From NCBI RefSeq assembly GCF_963921235.1, contig NC_086108.1:69938001-70002000 (forward strand): a DNA stretch of 64,000 nt, in the 5' to 3' direction. The first letter of the stretch is position 1. Each line of letters opens with the position of its first letter. The notes below the pieces were generated by a model. The model searched no databases. It was not told where the DNA came from and was given only the letters and a program-made list of their open reading frames with translations. This DNA comes from Mobula hypostoma. Lineage: Eukaryota. Shown one piece after another: positions 1 to 12,600 of the stretch. The position numbers and the translations under genes were made by a program.

Positions 1-144
1 CATTATAGTTCCTGAATCAATGTGACACTTTTGTATTTGACACATTATAAGAAACATGGACTGAAGAAATGGTATTATTCCGGGCCTGGTACGCACTTCA
101 TTGCCATTCACTACTGTAGTTCCCATACCCTAATTATTTTTGCT

Positions 145-330
145 TAGTTGTCGTTCAGTCATTAAGTCGAGTCCAACTCTTTGTGACCTTTTCATGGCAA
201 GATATGGAAGTAGGTTGCCAGGCCTTTCTTCTGCACGGATAGTGCTGCTGCCCGGGTTGGAACCTGGCTGGGTTTGAACTCAAGACCATCTACCTTGAAG
301 TCCAATGCTAATGCCACTACACCACCAGCT
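145..330 (-). mobile_element. tRNA-derived SINE with RTE/BovB-type 3' tail
   Basis: Minus strand: A-box TGGTGTAGTGG and B-box GAGTTCAAACCC, followed by the tail ...gtcacaaagagttggactcgacttaatgactgaacgacaac typical of RTE-dependent SINEs. Confidence 0.6.
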
Positions 331-619
331 GGTGTTGCAATTCCTATGAAATAGGGTATGACATACAAAGGGGTAAAGTTCAGGCCATAGCTACAGGATC
401 ATATCAGCGTTGAGGCAAGTAAAGCCTCATGGACTAGAGAGCTGAATACTAGTTTATCCTTCACCCTCAGCCTTGATGCCTTAATCTTAAATCTGGCTCA
501 GCACTTTAATCAGCTAAATGTGGGTTCATTTGCCACACTTGGGCATGGGCTCTGCCACTTCAATCCAGCCTGAAGTCTGCTCCAGCAATAGGTTTCGCGG
601 CCATACTTGCATTCTCGAG

Positions 620-1620
620 AATCAAATTAGCCGAATCCTTCAGCATACCGCAAAAATGCCTGTTCAAAAAGCACGTCCCTAATAGATGAAACAGCTAAGA
701 ATGTGGAAGGCACATTTTGCAATATACTTAGCACAACAGAACTTGCTCTGCAGTTGGATGAGTCAATTGGAACTGGAAAATAAAAAAAATTCCAGAGCAG
801 ATTTTTGATCTCCAAGTTTAACAAAATAAAATCTTCAGGCAAAAATCAATCTTTTTTTTGTACCATGTGGTGTGGGCTCATCAACCATTATGAATGATGC
901 ACAAATCATTAAATACTGTTATCACAGCAGTAAATAAAATCATCCCATGCTCTCAGTTCTCAGCTATTTTGAGAGCTTTGCATTGAAAAGGACAAACAGT
1001 TTACACACTTGCTGATGCACACAGAAGTCAGATGGCTCTCAAAATAGTCTGCAATGCTTTTATTCACTTTTTGAAACTGATAAAATTCTTGGAAGACTCA
1101 AATGCTTCATTCAGTAATCAATCAAGACTGTTATGCATGGCATTTTTTATTTATCAGAATTATCCATGAAGTTTAATTAACTCAATCTTCAACACCAATC
1201 TGAATTTCATCAAAGTCAAATCAGTTGTCTCCACATTTCTGTCCAAGTTAATCCTATTTAAGTGCGATATTGACCTTCAAAACCTTTTCCAATTTCCGAG
1301 CTTCTGAGTTGGAAGAGAAAGAAAGAAAGAATACCAGATGACGACCTTCAAGAACAGTGTACTGTGCCTTCTTGGGTCAGCTGCATAAACAGGTGTCCGA
1401 GAAACTTAAGGTTCTTCTCTCAATCCAAATTCTTGAACACTTGTAATGATGAATTAACACATTTGAGTATCTTCCTCCAAAACAGAACAAGGACAAACAG
1501 TAACTGGAGTAACTTGTTCACATGGAACGAGTATCCATTCATCAAAATGGTACTTTTGGAGAAAAGGGGGGAAAAGATCAGAGGAATACACACAGTTGTC
1601 ATGGACTTTTATCAGTCTTT
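620..1620 (+). mobile_element. Degraded hAT (Charlie/Buster-like) transposase fragment
   Basis: At about 1006-1044 it encodes HLLMHTEVRWLSK, the hallmark of Buster/Charlie transposases; many stops and frameshifts; boundaries approximate. Confidence 0.7.
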
Positions 1621-1639
1621 CTCAACCAAAAGCCCTGTA

Positions 1640-3025
1640 AGAACCATGAGATCTGCGATCTGCAATCTGCTGAGCACCAGATCAGTAGCGCTCAGTCCTG
1701 ACAACCAGTAAAGTGCAAGAGGCCCAGGTACGACCTTCAGAAAGCCATGTCACAAGCAAAATGGCAATCCAGACCAAACATGAATCACTGAAGGATGCTT
1801 GACAGCTATGGCTGGGGTTGAATACCATCACCTTCTACGAACTGAAAGCAAGCAACATAGATGACAACAGGATTTTGCTCTCAAATGAGATCAATGCCTT
1901 CTATACCTGCTTTGAGTGTCAAAACATGGAGGCACTTTATGACTTCCCATGGCCCTCAAAGATCATGTAATTTCAATCTCTGATGCCAACATGAAAGCAT
2001 CCTTCAGGGGGGTGAACCCATCAACAGCCCAGACGGGGTACCCGACCGAGTACTAAAAACCTGTGGTGGTAAACTGACTGGAGTGTTCACTGATATCTTT
2101 AACCACTCACTTCAGCAGCAAGGTACCCGCCTGCTTCAAGTAGGCTTCAATTATACCAGTGCCTAAAAAGAATGTGCTTAGCTACCTCGATGACTATCAT
2201 CCAGTAGCACTTACATCCACTGTGATGAAGTGCTTTGAGAAGTTGGGGATGAAACATATCAACATCTGCCTGAGAAGCCACTTGGATCCAACCTAATTTG
2301 CCTACTGTCACAAAAGGTCAACAGCAGATGCCATTTCATTGAAGTGAGGATGCATATATCAGCACGCACTTCATTGACTAAAGCTCAGCATTCAATACTA
2401 TTATCCCTTCAAAACTAATCAAATAAACCAAGACCTGTACCCCTCTACCTCCTTGTGCAACTGGATCCTCTACTTCCTCACTTGCAGATCCCAGTCAGCT
2501 TGGATTGGCAACAACATCACCTACACAATCCTCATCAGCCTCCCCAATAGTGAGCACACCTACACAAAATGCTGTAACAGGAAAGCAGCATCAATCATCA
2601 AGGACCCCCATCATCCAGGCTATGCTCCTTTCTTGCCACTGCCATCAGTAAGGAGGTAGAGGAGTCACAAGACCCACACCACCAGGTTCAGGAACAGTTA
2701 CTACTCCTCAACCATCAGGTTCGTGAACCAGAGCGGATAACTTCACTCACACCTGAACTGTTCCCACAACCTATGAACTCTTCATCTCATGTTCTCAATG
2801 TTTATTGTTTGTTTATTTATTATTATTTTCCCTTTTTGTATTTGCACAATTTGTTGCCTTTTGCACATTGATGATTGTCCGTCCTGTTAGGGGAGGTCTT
2901 TCATTGATTCTATTGTGTTTCTTTGTGCTTACTCTGAAAGCCCACAAGAAAATGAATCTCAGGGTTGTCTATGGTGACATATGTACTTTGCTAATAAACT
3001 TACTTTGAACTTTGAATTTTTGAAC
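1640..3025 (+). mobile_element. Rex1/Babar non-LTR retrotransposon remnant
   Basis: Decayed RT motifs (PDGVP.RVLKTC, IIPVPKK...[25 protein letters not shown]) and 3' tail aataaacttactttgaactttgaa. Confidence 0.8.
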
Positions 3026-3555
3026 TTCATGCTAAATTTTAGCATAGGAAGAAAATCAATATTAAGTTTACTGTATATGCTCAGAAGGATTTCAAGCTTT
3101 CACATATTACACAATAAATTAATCCATGTCAAATTACTAAATAAGGTGAAAGGAATGATAGTTCTCTTTCTCAGTATTAAATTTACTTCAATTGATTGCA
3201 TTTAAAAAGTTTCACCTAAAAGTTTGATCATAGTCACAATTCAAATGACTTCAAAAGGAACTAGTTTCAGAAGTGGGACACAGCACATATCTCAACTCTA
3301 AAAGAATAGTTAGTGCTAGTGACAGAACGTATTTCTTTGCTTCAAATTACTTCATATAAACCTATTTTGGCATCTTTGTGCCTTGTATTGCAAAACGATA
3401 CTCATTAACCTTTGTATAAACCAAGTGTTCTGAACCACATGACGAAGTCAGATTTATCTTTCCACAATATTGATTAAGAGAATAACAATAAAATTGAAAC
3501 ATCCACCATGCGCCAAGGTTTAAAATATTTGACCTTCATTATGCCTAATACTTAC

Positions 3556-3633
3556 TTGGAGCGAAGCAGGGACAGGATACTGCCTTTACCCTCATGTCCA
3601 ATAAGCCATGATATATAATGGAGTGGCTTTATC
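3556..3633 (-). CDS. NRDC: NRDC exon 11
   Basis: taacag|(R)[27 protein letters not shown]|gtaagt. Confidence 0.95.
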
Positions 3634-6600
3634 CTGTTAAAATTATAAATGTTGTAATACAAGCAAGTAAATACTTACATAATACTAAAACATAAATCAA
3701 AAAAGTCAGAAGCAACAATTTGACATTCCTGGTTGCAGATTTTCAGATGGAGTAAAAATGGAAATTTAAAAAAAGATGTCAACATTCATTAAAGATATAA
3801 TCCCAGCTGTGTATAGGGATAATTTGCAGACGAAGAATCTTTGAATAAATTAGAGACATAGGAGGCTGCAGATCATTGTCTCAATATGAAACAACAGCTG
3901 TCTATGTCTCTACAGATGCTGCCTGACCCACTGAATAACAATGGAAAGACTGGGAATGGAATACAAAACTCAAACAACCTAAGGAACAGGGAAGAGCAAA
4001 TCTGTGGCAAATTTCTGACATACAAAAACACTAGTACAGTACAGTGGGGGATGTAACTTCACCATAATAAATAGGTCAGTGTAAGGCATGTGGAATTTCT
4101 AAACTACATTCAGTGTGGTTTATTTTTTAGGTAATATCTGGGAAGAAGAGAGGGTAGTGATTTGAAATTTACTTTGGAAATGAAGATTACAAGAGAACAC
4201 TTGTATGATAGTGATTATATTTATGTTAATTTTAATGCTATATAGTATGGGGAGAAAACGGATAAAATAGGTTCTAAATTACTGGATTGTTTACTAAGTG
4301 TGGAATGGAAGCAACTACTAGAAGGTAAATCAATCTCAATTCAATGGGAGGTATTTGAAGTTCAAGCAATTCAGGATCTTATAAAGAAAACAAGCAAGAC
4401 TGTCTATTCTGGAGCACCAAGGATAACAAGTCAAAAGGGGGAAAAGCGCTTACATTAGATGCAGAGCTTAATAAACTGTATAAAAAGCTTAAAGTAGAAA
4501 TTAAGAGAGCAAAAAGAGGATAGAGTAATAATATTCACAACTAAAATCGAAGGAAATACACAAGTATGTAAAAGGGAGTAATCAAGGCAAGGGCAGAGCC
4601 CAACGGAGACCAAAATAGTAGCATGTACAGAGGCAGAATTGGGCAAGGTTTTCAAATGACTAAATTGCAACTGTCTTCGAAACCATAGAGAAAGATCCAG
4701 AAGATCTAACTTAAGAATGAAAATTCAGATATCATTAACATAATTCATTAGAAGAGAAGTAACACTGAAAGTGAATCAACTGTGGTGTCTGAATAAAATA
4801 TATCACTAATGTTGAGAGACAAGTCTGTAGAAGGCATAACCATCATTTTTCAAATCAGTCTGGCCAACAGAGTGGTGCTCAAGGATTGGAGGTCAGCTAA
4901 TGTTCCACTGTTGTTTAAAATGAGAAGAATGATTATAAAGTAAGTAATTCTGGCTCAATTTGTTTGAGCAAATTAGTGGAATCAAGTCTAAAGAAAGTAT
5001 AAATCTTCATTTAGAAGGAATAGATTAACTTCCAAGATCTGTTAAAGAAAGGCATGCTTGACTAACTTGATTGTTTGAGGAGACAATAAGGAGGAATGAT
5101 GTGAGTCTATTTGATGGTGCTTACAAGGATTGCAGCAAAGCTTTTGACAAGATTCCACACAGCTGACTGGTGTGTGGAATTCAGGAGACAGTGAAAAATT
5201 GGAACTAAACTGGCTTGATCATAAGAAGCAACATAATGCTTGAAGGGCATTTTTGTTTCTGGAATGCTATTAGCAGTGGGATCCCACTGATTTCAGTATT
5301 CAGCACCTTGAAAAAGGAGTTATAATTTTAAAAGCTTGAGAAGCAAGTAAGCTGGCCTTACAGTTCATGAAAAGGTTTTACCTGCAGGAAGATATAGGTG
5401 GTCATAAGAACACAAGAAGCTTTCCCTAGGGTACTTAGCCCCTACTTCCAACCTAGGAATAGGTCAATAAGTATGGTATGGTAATTGCAAAGCTCATCTC
5501 CAAAGGTTTAATGTGGCAGTAATTGAAACCTCCTGGTACTTTTAGAAATGTACTTGAGAGGCAATACAGGCCTCAAATTAATGGGGTGGCATGCAGGATA
5601 TGTTCCTAGTAAACAGTCCATGGGCAGGTCAAAGTCATCACAAAAAATAAGCAAATTCAGGTGTTAATGTTCACAACTCTATATGTAAGTGCCTTAAGAA
5701 TATATTTTAGAATTCAATTCTATACCTGTAATACTGTTTCTGAGGTGGCAGCGCCCAAGTTATATTCAGAGAGTGAACATTCTTCACAGGAATAACTGCA
5801 AAATAAAGTACGATAATGCTATTTTTTTTAAAAAAGCTTGACTTCAAACAACCATAAATGTCTATTTCAATTGCATCACAAGGTATATTTAAAACTTGTG
5901 ATGCATTTGCTGTAACACTGAGAATGATTTTGGCACGCTGATCTTAGCTGAAATGCCACTGTGTGACGGAAGTTTGGGGTCTATTTAATTGCATTTCAAA
6001 TATGTATTCAGTGATTGCCACTGAAACAGCAAACACCCATTAGTTAGAATGCACAAATTCTATAAGGACATCATGGCTTAAGGAAATTGCTTCAGCTTCA
6101 CAAACCGCACTTTTACACAAGTTATTTTTTTCAGAAAAATTATGTCATTCTTAAATGGCAAGGTATTTTTGTTTCCACCTCTAAGTAGCTTTTTAAGACA
6201 ATTCAAAAGCAGTATAACCACGCTGTTAATAACAAAAAGTACAAGGTGAAATTAGACAAGGCCCTTGAGGAATTTAAAGGCATCAAAGAGGACCTAAAGA
6301 ATTAAGAGAGCTAAAATAGGCCATGAAATATCCTGATCAATAGCATTATTTATACTTATTTAAATCTTACACCCGTCCCACAACGCGAGGGAGTAAATAT
6401 CTTTGCTTTCAGACTCTGTTGTAAGGTACAGACATGTGAATTTATAAGTCTGATGGCTTGTAGAAAGAAGCTGTCCTATTGCCTGTTGGTCCTGGCTTTA
6501 ATGCTGTGATACTGTTTGCCAGACAGAAGAAGCTGAAGTAGTTTATGGTTGGGTGACTGGTGTCCCCAGTGATCTTCCAGGCCTTCTTTGCACACCTGCT

Positions 6601-9600
6601 GCTGTAAAAGTCTGCAGGAGATTAAGGAGGATTCCAAGCATTTTGTATCTATAGTAGGAGCCTAGAAAAGGATAGATGCACTCAAGGACAAAGAAGGAAA
6701 TTTATTTCTGGACCCAGAGGAAGAGTGAAGTCCTCAAGGCATGTAAAGAATCTTTTGCATTTGTGTTCTTAACAAGTACTCTGCACTGGTATTCAAGGAA
6801 AAGGACACAGATGATTGAGTGTCCAGGAAAGGGTTTGGTGATATAAGGAGGAAGAGGAAGTGTCAGGCCCCTTGAAGAACAATAACATGGATAAATCTCC
6901 AGGATCTGATCCCAAGACACTGAGCAAGGCAAGGGAAGAGATTGCTAGGACATTGACAGATCTCTGTATCCTCTTTAAATATGGGCAAGATCCCAGTCAA
7001 CTGGAGAACAACTAATGTTGTGCTCTGTTTAAGAAGGGCAACAAAAATAATCCAGGAAGTGATGGGCCCGTGATCTTTTATGTACTCAAACTATTACACT
7101 GGTACAAATTATAATATACATAATATACATTAGTATTTTAAATAAAATGAAGAACCTTAAAGTATGATAAAAGTAAATGATATCCAACAGTACACATACC
7201 TCTATAAAGTTTATTAAAAGCAGGTGTATCAAAGGGACCCCCGATATCAGAAAAATCTGGTTTAGGAAGACCACTTCATGTGAAAAGCAAACATCAGGAG
7301 AAAATAGGTATTTATTTGTCGCATTTTTCAGAAATGAGCATTAACAATTATATTTCTGCTTTACAAGTATACTTCTAAATCAAAATTAATTCTTTAAATA
7401 TGCATGATAATAATATGATGAACCAATTTTTTTCTTGCAGCATTCAAGTTATTCTTTAAATTAACAAAAAAAATCTTTTGCTACTATAAATCAAATTCAT
7501 TAGTGAAACCAATGATGCAGAGCAGGGAAGCCATGGTTTTAGAACTCAATAACACTGATTTGCCAATCTTATTTTCACTGATGTTAAGGCAGAAGCGAGC
7601 AACAAACAGCAAACTCACCACCTGCCTACCCAACAACACCCTGTGCACAGCATTTCATCAAAAGCCATGCCATAGAAATAACCACAGCACAGCTCATAAA
7701 ATTACCACTGAACCAGTGGATGATTCAGTTGCTGTTTAAAAGACACAGCAAGGTGCATTTTCCATGTGCTCTGTACCTGGATACAAGGGAAATGATATGA
7801 ACTAGTGTTGTCCAGAGCATCTACACATTTGGGTCTTCACACCAGAAATGCGTACCCAGCCCCTTGAAATGCTTTGACATTCAGTAAAGGGCCACTCAAG
7901 TCATGAGGAGCTGTGCAAAAAAAAAGTAGTCAAAATGGGGGCAAGCCCTTTTAAGTGGTTGAGGACTATGACATTCGTACAAAGAGGAGAGAAATGAGAT
8001 ATTTCTGATCCCTATGGAACATAGGGACATTTGGTGTTAATGAGTTTAGGTGCATCAAGCATACCCACAATTAACTGGCTTGGAAAAAGTTACCATCATG
8101 CATGAATATAAACCACCTGATTAAAGTACTAAAGGGTATCTACCACCCATGAAATGACATTACCAGAAGCCAATGTTTTTGAATATGGAAAATACTCGAA
8201 AATATAATTCACAATTTTTCCTATCATCAAAAAATGCATGAAATACTGTAACAATGCAAAACAGGTCCTACTTGTTTGGTATTTGAGAAAAAATTTCCTT
8301 CACCCATGCTTCTAAAGTGTCCAGGCTTTCTGCAATTGTTAAAAGGAAATTAGCATTAGTTCAACCAATCGCATGCTACATTCACCAAAACTGTTCCTAA
8401 ATTTAAGTTTACAGTCTTCATTAGAAATCACTGATGCATCCTTGAAATTCAAGATTGGACATCTATATCAAATACTTTCTTACAAAACTGACAGATGGTG
8501 CACTTTTAAAACCAATTCCATTTTTTTTATATATACAAAAAATAACAAATTTCTATGTCCACATTTATAATTTGCAGTTTTCCTTGTAAACCTGTCATAC
8601 TAAATTTGCACAGTGCACATTGAAATCTATGATAACCTTTCAAGGTAAAGTTGATCCTCCGCATAGGAACTTACATAAATCAATGGGAGGGTTTTGCACT
8701 TGTGCATGCAAATTTGGAAGCTGCTGACAGCAGAACATACTTCAATGGTGCACAGCTTAAGAAATTCATTGTGCAAAAGAAACTTGAGCTAAACGTTCTA
8801 CAATTTAACTCTCACTGGAGAATTCAATACCAGATAGGAGAAGGCACAAGGGGCAGCCCCCATTGATTTCAATAGAAAGGAACAACCTTCAGCAAAGGTT
8901 TGTTAATTTAAAAAGACTTGTGAATAGTTTATTAGTTCAGACATATTGTTTATATCTTTTCAGTACTTTTAATCGCTACTTGGTTAATCAATTTATATTT
9001 TTAACTTGTTTTAGGCTTTAAGTTTGAGATAAGGTTTCTTAACTTACTGAGCTGTATCTTCAATGACTCAACCCACGTCTTCTTCACAACTCCCCACCAC
9101 TCCCATGCAACCCCCATGGCTATGCTAACCTTTTATGACCCCACAGAATCCTCCAGCTGTGGCCCCCATGGCAAGGTAGATGTGACAGAATCTGAGGCCC
9201 AGCTCATGGACGCCACTGTCATAAAATCTGTTAAGGTTTTTAATTCTAAAAATAGCTTAACTAGTTCTTAATACTTAAAGGCGGCATGAATTTAGTTCAA
9301 ATTCATAAATGACCAGATTTTAACAAAAACATAAATGCAATATTTATAATAAATAAAAACATAAACTGAACCTTTTTTTAAACCAGGGATGTCACTTGCA
9401 TGATAGACATGGATGGCATAAAGGTGAGGGTCAAAATGCTACCATTGAATTTAGTTGCAGAGGCGGAAGTTGAAGATGCACTGAACATCAAAAGGTGAAG
9501 CCTCCCAACAGAACTGCTGTACATCTCAGAGCTTCAACTAGCCCATGTCAAATTCAGCGGCTTTCTTTGCTCACCTTTTTAAATGCTTTTAATATTTTTA

Positions 9601-12600
9601 GCTGCTTTAAGCATTTTAAACTTTCATAGTTCTGGATAAAATAATACTTGGCTGTGGAACATTTTTCATCCATTTTGTGTGCAGAACTTCTGATATTCCC
9701 TGAAGCATGGATGTGCATTCAACATCCAGACTCTCACTATTGTTGGTGCAAAGGTTATTTGAGAGTAACAAATATGTGAAATTTCTAAAATACATTATTT
9801 TAATCATATGGCAAATGTTACAACATCAGGTGGTATTTCCATAATTACTCAAAGAATCACTACTGTATAGTCCAGAATCAAGAGTAAATGATGCAAACAA
9901 TCAATATTCACCTTTTGACTGGACAGCCAGAGTCATGTATTGAGCAGAGTAATGGCGCTTCCAAAACTCTTTAAGTCTAGCATAGGTATCAATGTTTTTC
10001 TCTTTTGGTGTATGTTTCAGTGTCTGTGAATTTCCTGTTGATATTACAAAGATATATGAATCAATGCAGTGCAAGAACAAAATTAAGATAAGAAAGGTAA
10101 TATAGAAATAGACATCTTACCCCAAAAGAATTTTCCCATAGGATGACCAGGTCTAGCAAGACTTCCAAATAATAATTCTTTTCTACTTGAATCAGATGGC
10201 ATAGCTAGCTGAAACTCTGAAAAAAAATTATTTCACATAAATATTACATTATTCATTTGAGATTACCAAAAATAATAAGCACTTTTAGCCTGAGGTTCAA
10301 AAGACTTTAACCAGAAAAATGTATATAATTATATAACAGTACATTACCACTATCTACTGTCTCTACTTCACGATCAATGGTGTCTTGGATCATTAAGGGG
10401 CCAATGAAAAATTGTGCCCACCTGAAAGAAATACAGATTGAGGTGGGTTTGTTGTTATGAAAGCAAAGGTTTTTGAAGAAATAATGGCAAAACTATCAGT
10501 GCTCACCATTATTCCATGAATTTGACAACAATGTTAAGATCTCCAGTATTGTGAAAATCAACATTTCTGGCATCAGATTTGCACAAGCCAACAGGCAAAA
10601 CTTTACACAAACCAACCGGCAGGATCTGTCTCCTCATTCATCTCACCCTGACATACACAACAAAATACCCATACTTAAATTATGACCTTGTCAGAGAATT
10701 GCACAGCAGATCCATGAAAACACCGTAAATATGCTCCTATTGAATTTAATTGGTATGAATTCGGTGATTTTTTTTCCAAACACATTATTATTTGAAACAT
10801 ACTTTCAAGTCTTCCCAACAAGTTTGTAAAATATTTAATGGTTTTTATTTTCATACTGGAATGCCGTAAGTTGTCTTAAAGCAGCTTTTAGATCTTTAAT
10901 GGCTAACAGTTTGTAACTTAACAGTTTTCAAAGTTTTTCATCTGTTGCAAAAAATCCAAATTATTTTAAAATGAATTAAGACTTTGGGTGGCATACACAA
11001 AATGCTGGAGGAGCTCAGCAGGTCAGACAGCATCTACGGAGGAGAATAAACACTCAATGTTTCAGACAGAGACCCTTCATCAGACCTGCTGAGTCCCTCC
11101 AGCATTTTGTGTGCATTGCTCAGGAATTTCAGCATCTGCAGAATCTCTTGTGTTTATTACTTAAGTTGGGGCTGTTACTCAAATATCAAACTTTCAAACA
11201 ATCAACAGTGCACTGACAATGTCTCCCCGCATGGTGATGAAACATTTGCAAGTAAATTGCCCAACTCAACCCAACCACCAAATTATTTCCATCAAACTTT
11301 CTTCCAGTGTTTGGAGAAGGAACTTTTAGCTATTCTATATATGGCATGCATTATGACACAGAAATCTTTGCCACAAAGAACCTTTCACACAATTGCTGCA
11401 AGCGCATTGATCTGAAGAGAGTTAACTTATCATTGACCACAATCTTTGCTGTGAACAAATTCAAAGGAGAAGCTTCAGAAACATATAGAGAAATTATTAG
11501 TGAGATATTACACATCAGAAAAGGAAGCAACAATAAAAAAACCTGAATGTTCCTTTTCTGACTGGAACCATCATAAACTGGTTACAACAAGATAAAATCT
11601 AGAAAGAAATTAGAATGTCTTAATTTTTTTTTAGAAAATAATTTCAATAAAACTACTCAATTTTTGAAATAATTCTAAGAAATACACACATATATCCAGA
11701 TTCATTTATCACATTTGCATTGAAGCATACAGTGAAATATGTCATTTGCATTAGCAAATGTTGGGGAACTGCCTGCCTGCCTCCAGCATATCCATATTCC
11801 TAGAACTACACAACCAACAACAGTACAAAACAACAGTTTATAAAGCAGAATGATTGATAAGCAGACACTGCCAGCAACTGAATTTCATCATTTATCAGTG
11901 TTTGCATATAAACCTCAGTATTTTGGTGCCAGACTGGCAGATTTAACAGTCTATTAGATGTTATGCCTATTAAATAACCCAAGCTATTTTCACTTTTCAA
12001 AAAAAATATAATGGTACATAGTGATACCATATATTTTTTAGTGAACCAGATGAGTTTGAAGGGAGCAAGAGAAACCAACGATCCAGGGGCTTTGTAAGTA
12101 GCATAGTAAACAAAATACCAATCCATCAGAAATTCTAAACACATGGACAGCAGTTTGTTCGAGTTTTACTGTTTCAGGGCAAAACAGCAAGACATAAAGG
12201 GTTGGAGAATCCAAACATGAGAAGAGTATTTGTTCCAGGTATCACTAATGATAACACACCAACATTATGATAACTAACAGTAATACTAGATACAATTGAG
12301 TAGTGCAATACATTAACTTTTTGACAGTCCAAATTTAACTGGCTGTAATTGGTGTAATGCCCTGATGCCAGTATTGACCACAAAAACTGGAGATGAAATC
12401 ATAATTAACTAAACAAAATGACCAACCTCAGTTGATGCCTTCTTTGCAAGCCTGCTTGCACACTATTTCCTTGACTACTGCTATAGATTTCAAGACCAGG
12501 TGAAGCAGATAACTCTGAACAAGGAATGTGCCACATCTTGTTTCACTTTAAGAACATCACTGTTATTAAAAAAATTTTTTAAATCACAGATGGTGACAAG

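Noticed and set aside
1..3555. Next NRDC exon (expected CWALALFGGN...)
   Set aside because: Not found; the region is SINE, hAT and Rex1 debris, so the exon probably lies left of the window.
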